A DNA stretch of 64,000 nt from Podarcis liolepis (lineage: Eukaryota): assembly GCA_965112155.1 (NCBI GenBank), contig OZ218098.1, one strand, 5' to 3'. The notes below the pieces were generated by a model that ran no database searches, had not been told where the DNA came from, and saw only the letters and a program-made list of their open reading frames with translations. Made by a program: the position numbers and the translations under genes. Shown here one piece after another: positions 24,801-39,400 of the stretch; within the stretch, counting starts at the first letter, position 1, and the number at the start of each line of letters is the position of its first letter.

Positions 24801-27800
24801 AGGGGTTTGCCCTCCACCACCACAGAAAACTGTGGCGTCTCGCCCACCCCAATGTCAATGTCTTCCATGATTGATTCAAAGCGGGGCGCCTCTGGGGACA
24901 GAAACACACAATCTGTTGAAGCAAGGGAAGATCCCCTCCCCTCCCTAAGTGACCCCAAAATAAATAAATTTCCCAGCTTAGTTCACTAAAGAAGCTGCAT
25001 ATCTTCCTCCCTCTCTCCCTCTGGGGAAGACCTTCTCCTCTGGCCTTGTGATATCCAGCTTATGTGAAAGCCTAGGACTGAGAGCAGACTGCTGCCCCTT
25101 GTGATACCTGGCTGTGGCTTGGGTGAGTCCTAAGTTTGCTTCCAGATTCTGGGAAGAGCTTAAAGGCAAGTTCTATCCTAATAAGTGAGGCTGTGACCCC
25201 ATATATAAGGATGTGGGGCATGGTCGTCAGCGGAGACACGGCCGAGAGCCAAGACTGGGGATGAAGTTGGAGCATGTCAGGGGTTCTGGGCATCCCATAC
25301 CTGCCAACTCCAAGCTGATGAAGCAGTGGTCATATCCATGCTGGTTGCTCACCTCGCAGGTCATTTCCCCCACATCCCCCCTGCCCACCCGGAAGAATCG
25401 CAAGGCGTGCTGGTCATCATCGGGCATGCTCATCTCCCAGCTGGCATCGCTGTCCTTCAACACCACACCGGACCTGGCAGGGACAAGGCAGAAGAGCATG
25501 GGATGGGAGGCTCAGGGTTGTATTCAACATAGTGCTAAGTCAGGCGCCTGCTAGCAGCACAAGGATTACTGCTAGTACAAAAGGACTACCCCCCTGCACA
25601 CTCACCCTTTATCTGTTCTAGGGGTTCTCCCAGGCTGGCACCTTCTGCATGCCAAGCAGGTGTCCTACCACTGAACTATGTCTCTTCCCCAAAGTGGTAG
25701 GACCCATAGGGTGGGATTCTACTAATAGCTCAAGAATTTCCACTTGCACAATGGGAGTTAGTAGAAGACCACCTTATAAATCCCACTACTTTGGAGAAGA
25801 GACATAGTTCTGTGGTAGAGCATCTGCTTGGCATGAAGAAGGTCCCAGGTTCATTCCCTGGTGTCTCCAGGTAGGGCTGGGAATGTTCCCTGTCAGAGAT
25901 CCACAACCAGGTAGTATACACAACCCTGAACCAGATGGATTGCCAGTCTGACTCGGCATAAGGGAGCCTCCTCTGTTGCACCCCTTTTGCCACTAGCAGT
26001 TCCTTGTCACCTTGCCTCACCAACTGCCTCTGTGGCTTCATACCAAATCCAGGTTCCTCAGCAATTAAGAGCACAGCTCTTGCTTCTGTTCAGAATCTTA
26101 ACACTGAGCTCCTGATGAGAAGCACGACATATTTCATGGGGGTGACTCATAACACAGCTCTTTTGATTAATTTGAAACATAAACATTAGCAGCATGAGGA
26201 GCTATTGAGTCACACCTGAAACTAAAGTTATACAATATAAAAAATGTGTTATAATTCCTTTTCATGCATATTCCAATAAATTAAAAGATGGTGAGAATGA
26301 ATGTTCAGCCAAACACTGTATAACCCACTCAGTGCCGTAGGTTGCTTAAATTGTGACTATTTCATCCTTGGCATCCACCTAATATATTTCAGCCATATAT
26401 CTGAAAGTGGGAACATGAGACGCACAGGTGTTTGCAGAGACCCATTAGGGTACTGTTAGGGGAGAAAGCAGGGAGTCCAAACTGTGGGTGGAGCCAGAGG
26501 CAATGACAGACAGAGCTAACTAATCCTAGTTTGGTACCCATCCTTCCTGTAAAAAGACTAAGGAGGAAGAAACTGAGAGCCAGTACCATCTCCTGGACTG
26601 TTTGTAACTACAAAGACAGACAAGTAGGGGCTGGGATTGATGGCAATCTGGGATTGTGGGGCAGCATCCCATTCTCCTTTTTTTTTTTAACCATTACAAA
26701 TTGTTTGGTTTTATTCCCATTTCTTGTCAGAAGAGGAGTTTTCTAAACATATGGGTTGATATACAATGCTTCCCTCCACTGACACAAGGCGTCTATCAGA
26801 GGAACTGAGAAGTGGGGCAATTTTGGGTAATTTGGTTGAGCCTTTGCGGTTCCCTGAACCGCCCCCTCAAAATCTTCTCCAGAGGGTTATAGAGCAGATT
26901 AGGTGGAGGGGGGGTTCCAAAGGGGAGGAGGAATTGCCCAAAATTGCCTTCACCCCCTGTCCTATTTGCAGATGCCTTCCGTCAGCAGAGGAGCATCCCA
27001 TTCTTCTAATGGACCAGCCTCCACTGCAAAGACCTGTATCAGATAGGTGGACTCACCAAAAAGGACATGATTTGCCACTGCTGATTTCAACATTTGATGG
27101 CAAACCCAGGCTTGCCCTCCAAGCTAAGGACAAAATGGCCTTTAAATTGTGAGTCCTTCAGCGACATCAGATTTTCTGGTGAAATTATTCTACCTCACCT
27201 TGAGCCTGGAGACTAGGGTAGGCTATAAACAAGCAATGAAATAAAACACAGCAAAAGCCAAATACCTTCCTCTTAGAAAAAGTCCCTCCTTCATTTATTT
27301 TTTCTTTCCCTTTCACCCTCCTCCTCCCTTTCCCAAAGATACAAGGCAGCTGGTCTCATCCCAGGTCTTAACATCGTCATGGCACATGCAGTTGACTCAA
27401 CCGCCTACCAAGAAGTCTGTGAGCTGGATTCTATAGAAGTGTAACTTGGGAGCTTCCCTACCTTCTCCAGGTGACAGCAACCTCTACATGGTTGAGGGTG
27501 ACGGTGATGCTGGCCGGCTGCCCCTCCACCGCATACACCACATCCGGCTTGTCCAAGATCATGGGGGCCTCCGCTAGGTAAGGCCCTGCAAGCACAGCCA
27601 CCATAGCAGACAACACAAGGAGGTCAGTTTGCTGTTCTAGATCGGGAATATGGAACCTGTGGTCCTCCAGAGGTTGCTAGACCACAGCTCCCATAATCCC
27701 TCACCATTGGAAATGCTGGCTGGGACTGCTGGGAGTGGAGGCCAACTTCTGGAGGAGACACAGGTTCCCCACCCTGGACCATCAGTATGTAGGGGAGTGG

Positions 27801-30800
27801 ACAGATATCCAAGTTCTCAGCTAGCTAGGTTAGATTCCTGTTTTGACACATCAAACAGGAACCCTTCCTTTGGGGGTTCACATTCCAGAGGCAATTCCTG
27901 AATAATTCCTGATTTACTGTACCCAGACACTGAGCCCGGAGCCGAATCTCCTCTTGCCCAGAATAAGCATTATGCCAAAAGTGCTCTGATATGGGCTCTT
28001 GGCCGCAAGGGGGAAACCCACTTCTAGCAGTTCTTTCGTGGGATTTTCAATGTGTATAGAGAACATGCCAAGCAAAGGATTCAGCAACTCTACTTCAACA
28101 GAGGAGCTACTACAAAGATGCTGGAGGTGGCAAGCAGTTCCCCCAAAGGAGAAAGCATTTATGGCTTTCTGCCATGGGCTCTGGAGAAACAATGACATTG
28201 ATTATATCAGAATCTTTATATTTAGGATTAGAACCCGAGTAAACCCTGCGGCCTAATTATAAGACTAGAAAGGAGCAGAAAGTTAGAAATGCAACCTTTC
28301 CTTCGGTTTTGTTATGGGCCTTTGGCTATTTGCTTCTGTCTGATTCTATCTAAATATGTTTCTTGTTTAACCACCAGAGCATCAGACTGAGACTGGGAAA
28401 ATCTCATTTGCCCTCAGGCATCATCACTGCGGCTTGGGGTATGTGTGTGTGAGGAGACTACCATAGTGCCAGCTTCTTTTCCATTTCCCTCCTCCTAGTT
28501 CCCCGCCTCCTGCCACCTGCCCTCTTCCCCTTTCCCTGCTTTGACGCTGCCTTACCACGATCAAGGAGCTGCACAGCCTCAGTGGGTGGAGAGGGCTTGC
28601 TATTAGCCTTGGCTGTAGCTGTGAGTACACGGAACATGTAGCGGATGCCCTTCTTCAGAGCCAGGACGGTGTAGCTGGTGTCATGCACCCCCGTGGCAAT
28701 CACAGTCCAGTGGCTGCTACCCAGGACTTGCTGCTGGATGGTGTAAGTCACAGCTGCAGGGTCTGAGAACAGAAGAAGAGAACTTCCAGCAGAAAGCTAG
28801 TGAGGCTATGCATCATTTGTCCAGAGTCAGGACTTTGTGCTTTGTTTGTATGCCACCCCCCCCCTCAATACTACAGTAGTGGGGAGGCAAGCAGCTGTCT
28901 GTGAGTAACAAGGATATGGCAGGCTGTTGGGGAAACTGGATAATACTCACCCTCTGGATAGTTTCTCGCCCTTAAAGCTAATTGATGCCCTTTAGATTCG
29001 CATGAACAACAGCTTTTGGTCAGCAACAACAGAAGTAAAACAGCAAAGTAAGTTTCTAGTCCTTATGGGCTAAGTAGGATATGCTTGGAAATGTGTGAGT
29101 AACACCACCTGAAATTTTCAGGTAGCTGTATAAGATTTGTGGTAAACTGTTTTACCGGCCTGCACATATTTTGTATACCATAAAGTATACAAAATAACAG
29201 CAATTGTGCAAATTGGCTTAATTTGCAAAATGCAGCTTTTCTGAGGCACAGCTTTGTATGTGTGGGATGTGTGTGTGAGAGTGAGTGAGTGTGAGAGAGA
29301 GAGAAGCAGATACACTCCTAACAACAACCCACCAGTGCTAATGCGAATGCATTTTCCAGTCAGTGTATGCAAATGTGTAATGCCCCCTTTGCCTGCCAGC
29401 AGCACGCAGAGAGAGTGGGCTGTACAACACATCAATGGCAGCTGTCAGTGAGAGCGGGGGCCTCACTTGCAATCGCAGCACCAGATTGCGCACCCACCTG
29501 CCCAGTGACAACTGCCAGGCTGCCCAGCAGAGGAATCCAGTTATGTGGAATGGCCTGCCCTCTAAGATGCATTTGCCCTACAGCAGGAGAGACTGGGGCA
29601 CCAGCTCCTGCATCTGACACCAAATTCTCCCAATTGGTACCTCAAGCAGCTATTTCTTCACAGCCCAGCTCCTTCTCTACCCGGCTGCCACTACACTGCC
29701 ACTTGCCTTCCTGGCCCTGCTTACCAATAGCTGAATCCAGCCACTTGGGCTTGTTCCATTTCAGAGTGACTGCTCGGCCAGTGACAGCAGCTATGGCTGG
29801 CGGGCCATCAGGGGGTGTGGGCACCACATCTGTAAAAGGCAAGCATGGAGGTGGGTGAGGACCCATCAAGAACACAGGGGAAGATGAGGAGACAGGGGTA
29901 AATGTACACATTATTCCTTTAAAGCACATCTGAAGCATGTTATTTCCCTCCAAGAATTCTGAGCCCTGTAGTTTGTTAAGGGTTGCTGAGAATTGTAACA
30001 AAGTGAGGGGTAAACTGTAGTACCCAGAATTCTTTGAGGAGCAGGGAAATGTGCTTCAAATGTGCTTTAAAATATTGTGTGTACACAGACAGTATGCTCT
30101 GCTTTCTGATCAGGATCACCTTTGCCTCCTTCCCTAGGGGATTCTGAGGCTTGGGTACTAGTCTATGTTTTTAATTAGCGGGTGCTTAAGTCACTCTTTC
30201 TAGAGTGAGTTCCAGGACTCAATGATATTATGTGGTCTCCTACATGTTAAAGGTTCAAACAGCAGAGAGCTGGAAGACATCTGAAGCCCTCTATAGATGA
30301 CTTTCTTGCTCCACCAGAAGATAGCTCCATGACCAGTTAAGAATGGAATCAGGCCCTTAGACTTCACATTTGCCATCCTGGGAGAGAATGATCCAAAATA
30401 TTACAGAGGGGCATTCCACACTAGCACTGAGAAGATGTGTGGGGCTGCATGCCTGCAATGGGCATGACCAGAGGAAGAAGGAAAACAGGACCAGAGTCAA
30501 AAGTGACAGATCAACAGATGTGGCTCTTACCTTTGTCAAATAGGCTGCGTTCCAGCCATGCAAAAGTCAGAACTTTCTACGCCAACCCACCCTCACAACT
30601 CCAGGCAAGTGACGGGCATTGTTATAGTTCAAGGACTATATTCTAGTTCAAAGACACATTCCAGCCATGCAAAGGCACTTGAGGGTATGGAGCAGGGCAA
30701 GTGAGGGATGGGGCCTGGGAAGTGTCCCAAGGGTTGGACAGAGAGGTCTAAAGGGTCATAGTCAGCCCTCAGGCCCAAGGTTCGCCATCCCTGGGCCCAG

Positions 30801-33800
30801 GCAAAGCACCTCATGGGGTGCTGATGCTGAACAGCAGCTCCTCTCACTGTTTCCCCATCCTTACCTGTGACGTAGAGGTGAGCATAGCAGGTGGCCTTGC
30901 CCAGTTTGTTGGCAATGACACTTTTATAAACCCCGGCGTGGGCGTGACTGACAGAGATGAAGACCAAGCGATGCACATCCTTGTCTGCAATGGACGGCGG
31001 AAGGAAGGGAACAGAGAACACGTTACAATCTTTGTACAAAGGAACAACCAGTGAGAGCCAAAGCATACAGGTACTGACATGTTTGCTAGGGAAATGATAT
31101 TAGGGACATGGGGAGGGAAGGTGTAGCGATGTGGGGGGGGGGTTAGAATCCTGCAACCCTGCCTTATTTTCACTGGGAAGGGCTCAGCAAATTGCCTCCC
31201 CAGCTCCAGCTGGTGCTTCTATATCAAGGTCAGTGTCAGAGGCTGGCACAGTCGGGCATCCGCTGTGACCTATGGCTCTGCAGAGGTCCCACTGCCAAGA
31301 GACTCAGGCCCCTTCCCCTTTGCCTCCTTGCCACAGAAACCTTCCTCTGGCCCAGAGGGGGGTGAGCTGAGCAAGGAAACAATGGTGGCAAGAAAGGAAA
31401 AAAAGAAGCTGCTCACATAGCCACCTATCCTCCAGCTCTTTACTGGGGAAGTACATCCCCCCCCCAAAAAAAAAGTCTGGAGGGGACCTGTTTCTTGAGC
31501 AAAGCAGCTCACAGATGAGATAAATTACAATCATCGCAACAACGAGGAGGAGGAAGAAAGAGGTGATGGGAGTGCACAGAGGCTGCCTGGTCCAAGACCT
31601 CCCTGCTCTGGATCTGGCCCTGTTTCATGAGGCAGCTCCCTTATGCGCATGGGGGAAATGCAAGGAGAGAAGCCTACACTGCATCATCCTGCGATCATCA
31701 GTGCTCTCGATGCGCCGGCCCTTGTGGAACCAGGTGATGGCTGGGTAGGGCAGCCCAGCCACTTGGCACTCAAGCACAGCCTCCTTGGATTCCACCACGT
31801 CCAGGTCATGCAGCGGCCGCAGAAAGTCAGGCATGGTGAAGCGCTCCACTTCGCTCTCCCCTTGTTCCGGCTCTTCGGGGATAGAGGGCATCTTCTCCAG
31901 CTTGGAGCTGCAAGGCCAAAAAGGGAGAAGAAAGAGAGGTCTCAATCAAAGCAGCCAGCCCAGCCGCAGGGCTGCCCTGCTCATGGGACTCTACAGCCAC
32001 ATCTCACAAAGGATCACAGCCACAGATATGATAAGTCGGAGGTATCCTATTGGAACAGGAAAAGCCATCTCCGCAGGCAAGCCATGATCAGGTTTCACAG
32101 ATGCAGGCATGGTGGAGAAAAGCCATAGGGGAGTTTCTTGCAAACATTCCCCAGGGAAAACAAGCAGCAGATAAATGAGGATTGGGAAGTGCTTCCATTG
32201 TTACCGAAGGGGAGATCAAGTGATCCCAAAGGAGCTGCAGAAGTATGAAACAAATGTGGATTATGGAGTGATTGCAGGGGGAAATTACAGATCAATATCA
32301 TCCAGTGTGTGGCTGGGAAATGAGGATCCCTAACTACTTGAGTTTGATAGTGACTATACAGAGATAAGGAACCATGCCAAGAGAAATCAACCAGGCAAAA
32401 GCAGCTGGCGAATATATTTCCTCCTGCTCCACAAACAGAAAACTGTAGGTGTATAAGGCAGGAAACGCCATACTTTCTTGGAGCAGTTTTTGATAGCCAT
32501 AGGAAAATCTGCTGGTTGTATGAAATAGGTAATATATTGGATAATAAACTGGGAAATAACATACAGTACTGAACCCAACCCAGTTCAATCGCTTCAGGGT
32601 TTTGTCCACGCTTAAAGAGGAATGGAAAAACATTTGCCTTTAACTAAAGTTGAGATGTCTTTGCAATCAATCCAACAGCTTGGCTCTGGGGAGGGATAAT
32701 GCTTTTCATTGCCCTGGAATAACCAGATAACTGCCTGTTTGCATGCAGTGCCAGGGATATCTGCTATTCTGCTACAACGGATTGACTCTCCTTTTTTATA
32801 TTACATGTAATCGGTTCAATTGGCCTTAATATAAAATGCCTCTATTTTGTCTGGCTAATGTCCCTCGTTTTAAGCATGCTAATTATAGTTGCTGATGCAT
32901 TGAAGGATTTGTGCTCTGAAAGAGCATGTGCACTTATAAGACCTGGAACAGGAATACAAGAGCAGAGTATGTTGGGAAAGACTGGTAAGGCCACAGGCAA
33001 AGCTGATTCTCACAAGAAGACAGCAAGAGCCCTCTGAGAGTGACTGTGTTTGAGGGCCACTCTGGTTTGGGCAACGAGCCAGGCTGTGACGGGGCCTGCA
33101 TTCCAGGGAACTTCCTGTGAGCTTGGGTCAGTGAGAACAGAGGCCGGGTCTGGTTCTCATGAATACAGAATTACTCCCAGGTTGAGGAGTTTCCCCCTCA
33201 TATTAGGATTGCTGGGCCAGGGTGGGGAGCAGCTATCACCACTCATTTACAAATGTCAGTAAGGCAATGCATTTGAAACACAGAAATTAATATCACAGAC
33301 AAACAACTTCTGGCTGTTTATTGCCTGACATTAATATGGAACTTGGGGGTGGGGTGAAGACACACTGTGTAGTCAAAAGCCAAAGAAAACAAACAGCATT
33401 TATTCCATTGGTCAGGATAGTTTAAAAATGGCCCAGGCCTTAGATGTGCCCTCCCCACAAAAAAAGATGCAGTGCCAGGGCACAGTGCAAGCTGAATTAG
33501 GAGTACATTCACATAAGCAAATTAGCACAGGAAGATAGCTGGTGCCAGAACATTGGCTGTAAGAAATATTAAAATGCCCACAACTGACTGTGACCCAACA
33601 CCTAAGGCAAGTGGTAGGGAACTTTAGGCCCAGGGTCCAAATGTGGCCCTCCGGGTTCTCTACCTGGCCCTTCGGTCTCACCCCAGACTACTACCACCCC
33701 ATTCCTCAGGCCCCAAGTGCTTTCCCCCTCTGACTGGAATATGTTCCTGAACTGTAAAAATGTCCCTTGCTTGCCTGGAGAGAGGATGGAGAAAGGTGTG

Positions 33801-36397
33801 TGTTTGGGGGTGCAGAGAGAAAGAGAGAGAACACTCTCTGACTTTTCTGTGGCTGAAACGAAGCCTACTATATATAGAAAGGTTACCTACCACCCATGGA
33901 ACCTTTCACTCCATGTGCTAATGTGGTCATTGAGCTGAAAAAAGGTTCCTTGCCCCTGATTTAATGGGATATCCTGGCACCCAGCTCTAGGCCCCATCCT
34001 CAGCCCTACCTTTCTCCTCATACTCACATCTGAGAGCTGGTTGCTGGTCTCGGCTCCTCCACATACAGCTCAGCGGTGCACTCGGCTCGGCCATGTTTGT
34101 TGCTGGCGCTCACTCCGTACTGGCCCTCGTCCTCGGAGCTCACGTGCAGGAGCAGCAACGAGTACAGCCCGCCGTCCCGCTGCAGGCGCATGGTTTCCCC
34201 CTCTTGCACAGGCTGGCCTGCATCAGACACATCTCAGTCAGAGAGCCCTGGTCCGAAAGCAAGAGGAACCAAGGCAGGCATTATCCTGAACGAAACCAAG
34301 CCTTCCACTGGTTTAGGGCCTGGAACGGGGAGATGGCATCCCTCTATCCCTTGGGCCACGATAGGGAACGGAAATAAAGAGGGAGAGGCCTTGCCCAGCC
34401 CCACCCCAGAAGAGTAGCTATACTGAAATTTATGACATGGAGTAGGTAGGCCACACTGCCCTACACATGCTAGTCTTGCTACAAATGTGGGAGAGTTCTT
34501 TTGCCAGCAACCGGCTCCCAGTCTGAAGAAGAGGGCGGCATCCAGCACAGCTCAGGATCCTGAATAAAAACTTGTAGATCAACTTTGTCATCCAGAGCAG
34601 CGGCTGAGTTCGTAGCTGGAAGTATGCAGAAAGGCCTGCTGTGCACTTGAGAACTGTGGACACTCCAACAAGACAGTGAAGAGAACGCTGCAGAGGCATG
34701 CACATGGGTGCAACCCCAGCCAAACAGCATAGATACTGAGAGGTAGGGACTCTGTGCCCAGTCCTTAGGTGGACACATTTGACCATAATCAGATGTGCTG
34801 GTTTCAATTCAAGACGCTGATTGATGGTCTGCCCCTGCCCCCTCCTCCCAGTTGTCATGGTTTCCAAAAAGGAACATGGAGTGGGGAGCAGCTTGACCCT
34901 GCGGCCTGATCTCTCTGCAACATCAAGGCCACCATGAATAGCTGGGCACCGATCCCACACTCTATTGTCCTCCCAAACCCCCAAAAGCTGATTTTTGAAT
35001 TCCCTGTTACCCAGAGCCTCCTGTACTGCGAGATGGAGGCTATTACCGAAACGTGTCCAGGTAACAACTGGTGTGGGTTTGCCGCTGATCTTGCAGTCGA
35101 ACCGTGCCATCCGCCCCTCTACCACAGCCACGGCCTCCAGCTTGCGGGTGAAGAGTGGCTGCTGCGAGGGCAAGACCGTCAGCTTGGCGCTGCATGTCAG
35201 CTCATCTGCAAGGCACAGCGAAGGGTCAGCTACAGTGGAGGGCCCTGGAAAAATCTTCCCTTCCCTTCCGAAAGCAGCCTCAGTGTCATGGATGGAAGGC
35301 ACAGTAGGGGAAGCAGCTGGCAGCAGATTGTGTGACTGGACTGCTATACCCTTGGGCATGGGACGGTTGTGAGAAGTTGTGAGCAAGGGAAAAGGGGGCA
35401 AAAGAGCAGGAAGGAAGTTCTTTGGGCATAGGGTTGGAGTTATTAAGGAAGAGGAGAGTTCATAAGCTAATTGCTCCTGCTTCTTTCTGGGCACTGTCTT
35501 AAAGCTGACCCTGGCTTCCAATTCTCCATTAGATCCTAATGCTTGGAGGTAGGTTATTTTTATTATTCATTTACTTATTAATGCAATATAATTATTTGCT
35601 ATTCTTCCTTGTGAAAATTCTTGCTAATCTTTTGATAACACCTTGAGCCAGTTTGGCTAATATCTTGTGAGAAAGCAGCATACAAATAAGCAGGCGAATG
35701 AATGAATTATCCAACTTTTTAAATGGTTCTGCTTTGTGGGATGTAAACACAGGAGCAGTCAATGACAACATTCCTAGAGTGTACATGTTAGAACATGGGG
35801 AGGGATGTCTGTCCAGCAAGCAGGTAAACTTCCTGGGGACGGACTTCCTCCGCATGTGGCCAGAGGTGGGTGTGGCCTCACCTGTGCAGGTAATGACAAA
35901 AGCACAGGGCAGGCAGCCATCTCTCTCTCTCTGCCATTTTCCTTCGATGAGGAAGCATGTAAAGATGCCCTCTTGGCTCTCAGCCAAGAGAGGAGATAAG
36001 GTCTATCTTGCAACAAGATAGATTCTAAGTATGTGTAACTTTTTAAGCCTGTCTGCCTTCTGGGATCATGTTATGAACAGAACGTGAGTAAACTCTTTTA
36101 TACTTTTATAAAGACTGTGTTGTGTCTTGTATTTTAAGAGGGAACAAAGGGGAAATTACCAGAGTAATTATTATAGAGGTTCTAGCGAACCTGTGCACAC
36201 GTTACCGTTGCGAACTTAAAGGGGAATGTTTATAAACTCTGCTGATATTTTGGGAACTTGTTAGCACAAGTTGGATAAGGATATAATTAGTCAATATATC
36301 CTCTCCTGCACCCCAGAACATTCCCACACTGCTCTTCTGCACTGAATGCCACTCTTTCTGATGCACAGAAATGAAACAGGAAAAGGTGCTTGCGCTT

Positions 36398-36459
<62 letters not shown>

Positions 36460-39400
36460 TGCTTTATCTCCAAAGCACAAAAATCCTCAGCTGCTGAATT
36501 TCTGCATGTCAGGTTGCTGTTAAAGGCACAGGATCCAGGCTAGGGTGTGGGTAAGAGGAGAAAGTGGCAACAACCCTCCTTAGAACATTCCTGCAAAAGC
36601 TGCCAGCCTCTGTTCAAATCACTAAGGTAACAGAATCTAAGCCCCTTTGTATGGGTAGGCGTCAGGTTTGCCAGTTTCCCTCCCCTCCTCTGCAGCTCCC
36701 TGCAACATCTGTTCATTGGCTTTGAATCTGTCATCTGACAGGGCTGTCAGAGGATGTACTTGAGCATGTCCGAGACTAGGAGAGAGGAGAATGTAAATAA
36801 AAGTCATTTGCCTCCCTAATCAGGTTGCCACTACTACTGTGCAGGCCTCTCTAATAGTGACAGCCACTGTAGCGTCATCATTACTAAGACACTGGGCACT
36901 ACCAGAGGTGGGTTTAATTTGCAAGCAGATTGTTGGTGATAAGTACAACCCCGAAAGGTAAAATTGTATTTTTTGTTGCCAGTGATAAGCACTTCTGGGC
37001 AGTGTTGGCTGGTTCCCATTGGAATTGATGGGGCAGACGGGAAGGAGGCCCAGCAATTGGTGGAGCCAGAGCCAGTAACAGGCAGAGTCAGCAAATCCCC
37101 CATCATCCTCCCTGCTTCGTTCTGCAAGGGAAACCCTGTTAAGACTAAGGAGGAGGAGACTAAGGAGAAGGAAGCCAACAGACCATTTTGCCCCCTGGAC
37201 AAGCAAGCCAGTGAGCAGTGGGGATTGGCTGAGGACGGACTGAGGCTGGCAGCCCAGTGCTCCATTCACCCTATTGGACCACCCTCCACTGCTTATGGGG
37301 ATTTTCTCCCTCAGGTGCCAATATAACTTGTCTCGCCTTGCTAAGCCGCTTGCACTCAAACAAGGTGCTGTTTTTAAAGCCAGCCCCACCACTCCTGCCA
37401 CAAAGAGGTGATTGTGGCAAGAAATGGGTAACAAGCAATGCCATTCCAGGCCCTACCTAATCCCACACCACTTGGGGAATTCATCCAAGCCACTGAACAG
37501 ATTCCAAAGGGGTCTGGGGTGTGTCTGAGGCAAATTAAATAGGATTGCTCAGCTCCTTTCTCTCATGGAACTCCCGCTCTGGGGCTAGAACTCTGGTGCC
37601 TAGCTAAAAGCACCAGTGGAGTTCCTTATTGCAACTGTTTGATAGCAGAGTAGCTGCACATGGCCTTGGGTGCTAGAGGGCACGACAATGACATAGCATC
37701 TGAGTGACAAACAGGTTCAAGACTGGGTGCAAACTCTTAGGGGTATGGTGATCCCCTTCCCTGGAAAAAGAAGAAGGAGGGATTGGATGTCTTCTGCTAC
37801 ATACACACCGTGTCTTTAAAGCACATTCAAAGCACTTCCCAAGGATTCAGGGAACCGTCACAGAGCTACCATTCCCAGTACCCTTAGCAAACTACAGTTC
37901 TCAGGATTCTTTGGGTGAAGGGAAGGTGCTTTAAGTATGGTTTGTACACAGCCTTCTTTTCTGAATGTGAACTGTGTGCTCATATGAGCATAGGGTGGGG
38001 GCTTTCCCTTTGCCCACTTTTGCAAGCTAGCCGCTCCGCATGTAACCTCTCCATGCACGAAATGACCTTTTCAGCCTGGCCACATAAAAGCAAGCAAGCA
38101 AGCAGGTCTGTGGAGGTTATTCTTGGCTGTATTATTTATCCTGCCAGTTCAGAAGCTCGGTACATACCTAAGGTATAAGGCCTACTATATTAATATATTC
38201 CTTTCCTTCTCTGCTGAAGCTTCTTGTCCCTTAATACAGGTCCAGAAAGCAACTCTTAGCTAGGGCTAGGGACTCAAATTCAGGATTGTAACCATGAGAG
38301 GACTGGCAACCACACAGTTGCATCCTTTACTATACCTCTTGCCCCTTTGACTCCCTGCCCCCCAACCCATAAATTGCCCAGGAATTTATCTCAGCTCATC
38401 AGTCTGGAATGTCTTTTTATCTAACACCAACTCAAGTGCACTGTGTTTGAGAACACACTCTACAGTGAAAGCACATTTAAAGCAAATGACTTCACTCTCC
38501 CACCAAGAATCCAGAGAACTGTAGTTTGTTAAAGGTGCTGGGAGTTATAGCTCTATGGGGGTAACCTACAGTTCCTAAAATTATTTGGGGGAAATACATG
38601 TGCTTTAAATGTATGGTGACTACTGAGCCCTAGATAGCTCTGCATACGAAAGGAAATGGGGAAGCTCTTCTCTACCCCACACCCTAAAAACAACCAGGTG
38701 TCTGTTTGGTCCTTGCAGGAGAATTGTAATGAACTAGTAGCATAGAAAAAAGACTGGCAAGGGAATTCCCACAACATGCCATTATATTTTTTGTGCTGTT
38801 TATTTGGTTTTCTGTCGATTGACATTTGTTCTGATTCAGCAGGAAACAGCGGGTTTTCCCAGGGAAAGTAGGAGGACAAAATGAAACCTCTCAGACCTGT
38901 GATTAGAATCATGGGACAAAGAAAAGTGTGGATTGGCCCTAACTTGTGCTGTATAACCCTTGGCCATTTGGACAGCAGGCTGGGCTGCTGTTCACCCCGT
39001 ACAGGAGTGGTGACATATTTCATGTTGTTAGGTGATTTCTCCACTCCCATGACCCACTTTGCATGAACACTTTTAGTATTCTTATATTTGTACTCTTTTT
39101 ATTGAATTTGTTATTGTATTTTAAGTCACTTTAGGATGTCCATAAGTAAACTAAACTAAATTTGTTCTGCAGTTGCCCCTATCCAATCCAGCTGCCCTTC
39201 CCCAGCCTTGATATATATATATATATTTGATTTACTAAATCTGTGATGGATACAACACTATACACATCTATTCAGAAACAAGTCCCACTGAGTTTAATTT
39301 GTAGGACCTTCTCTCAAATGGGTACACAGAGTTGGAAGGGACCCGGAGGGCCATTTAGTCCAACACCCTGCAATGCATGAATATTTAATTGTCTCTTACA

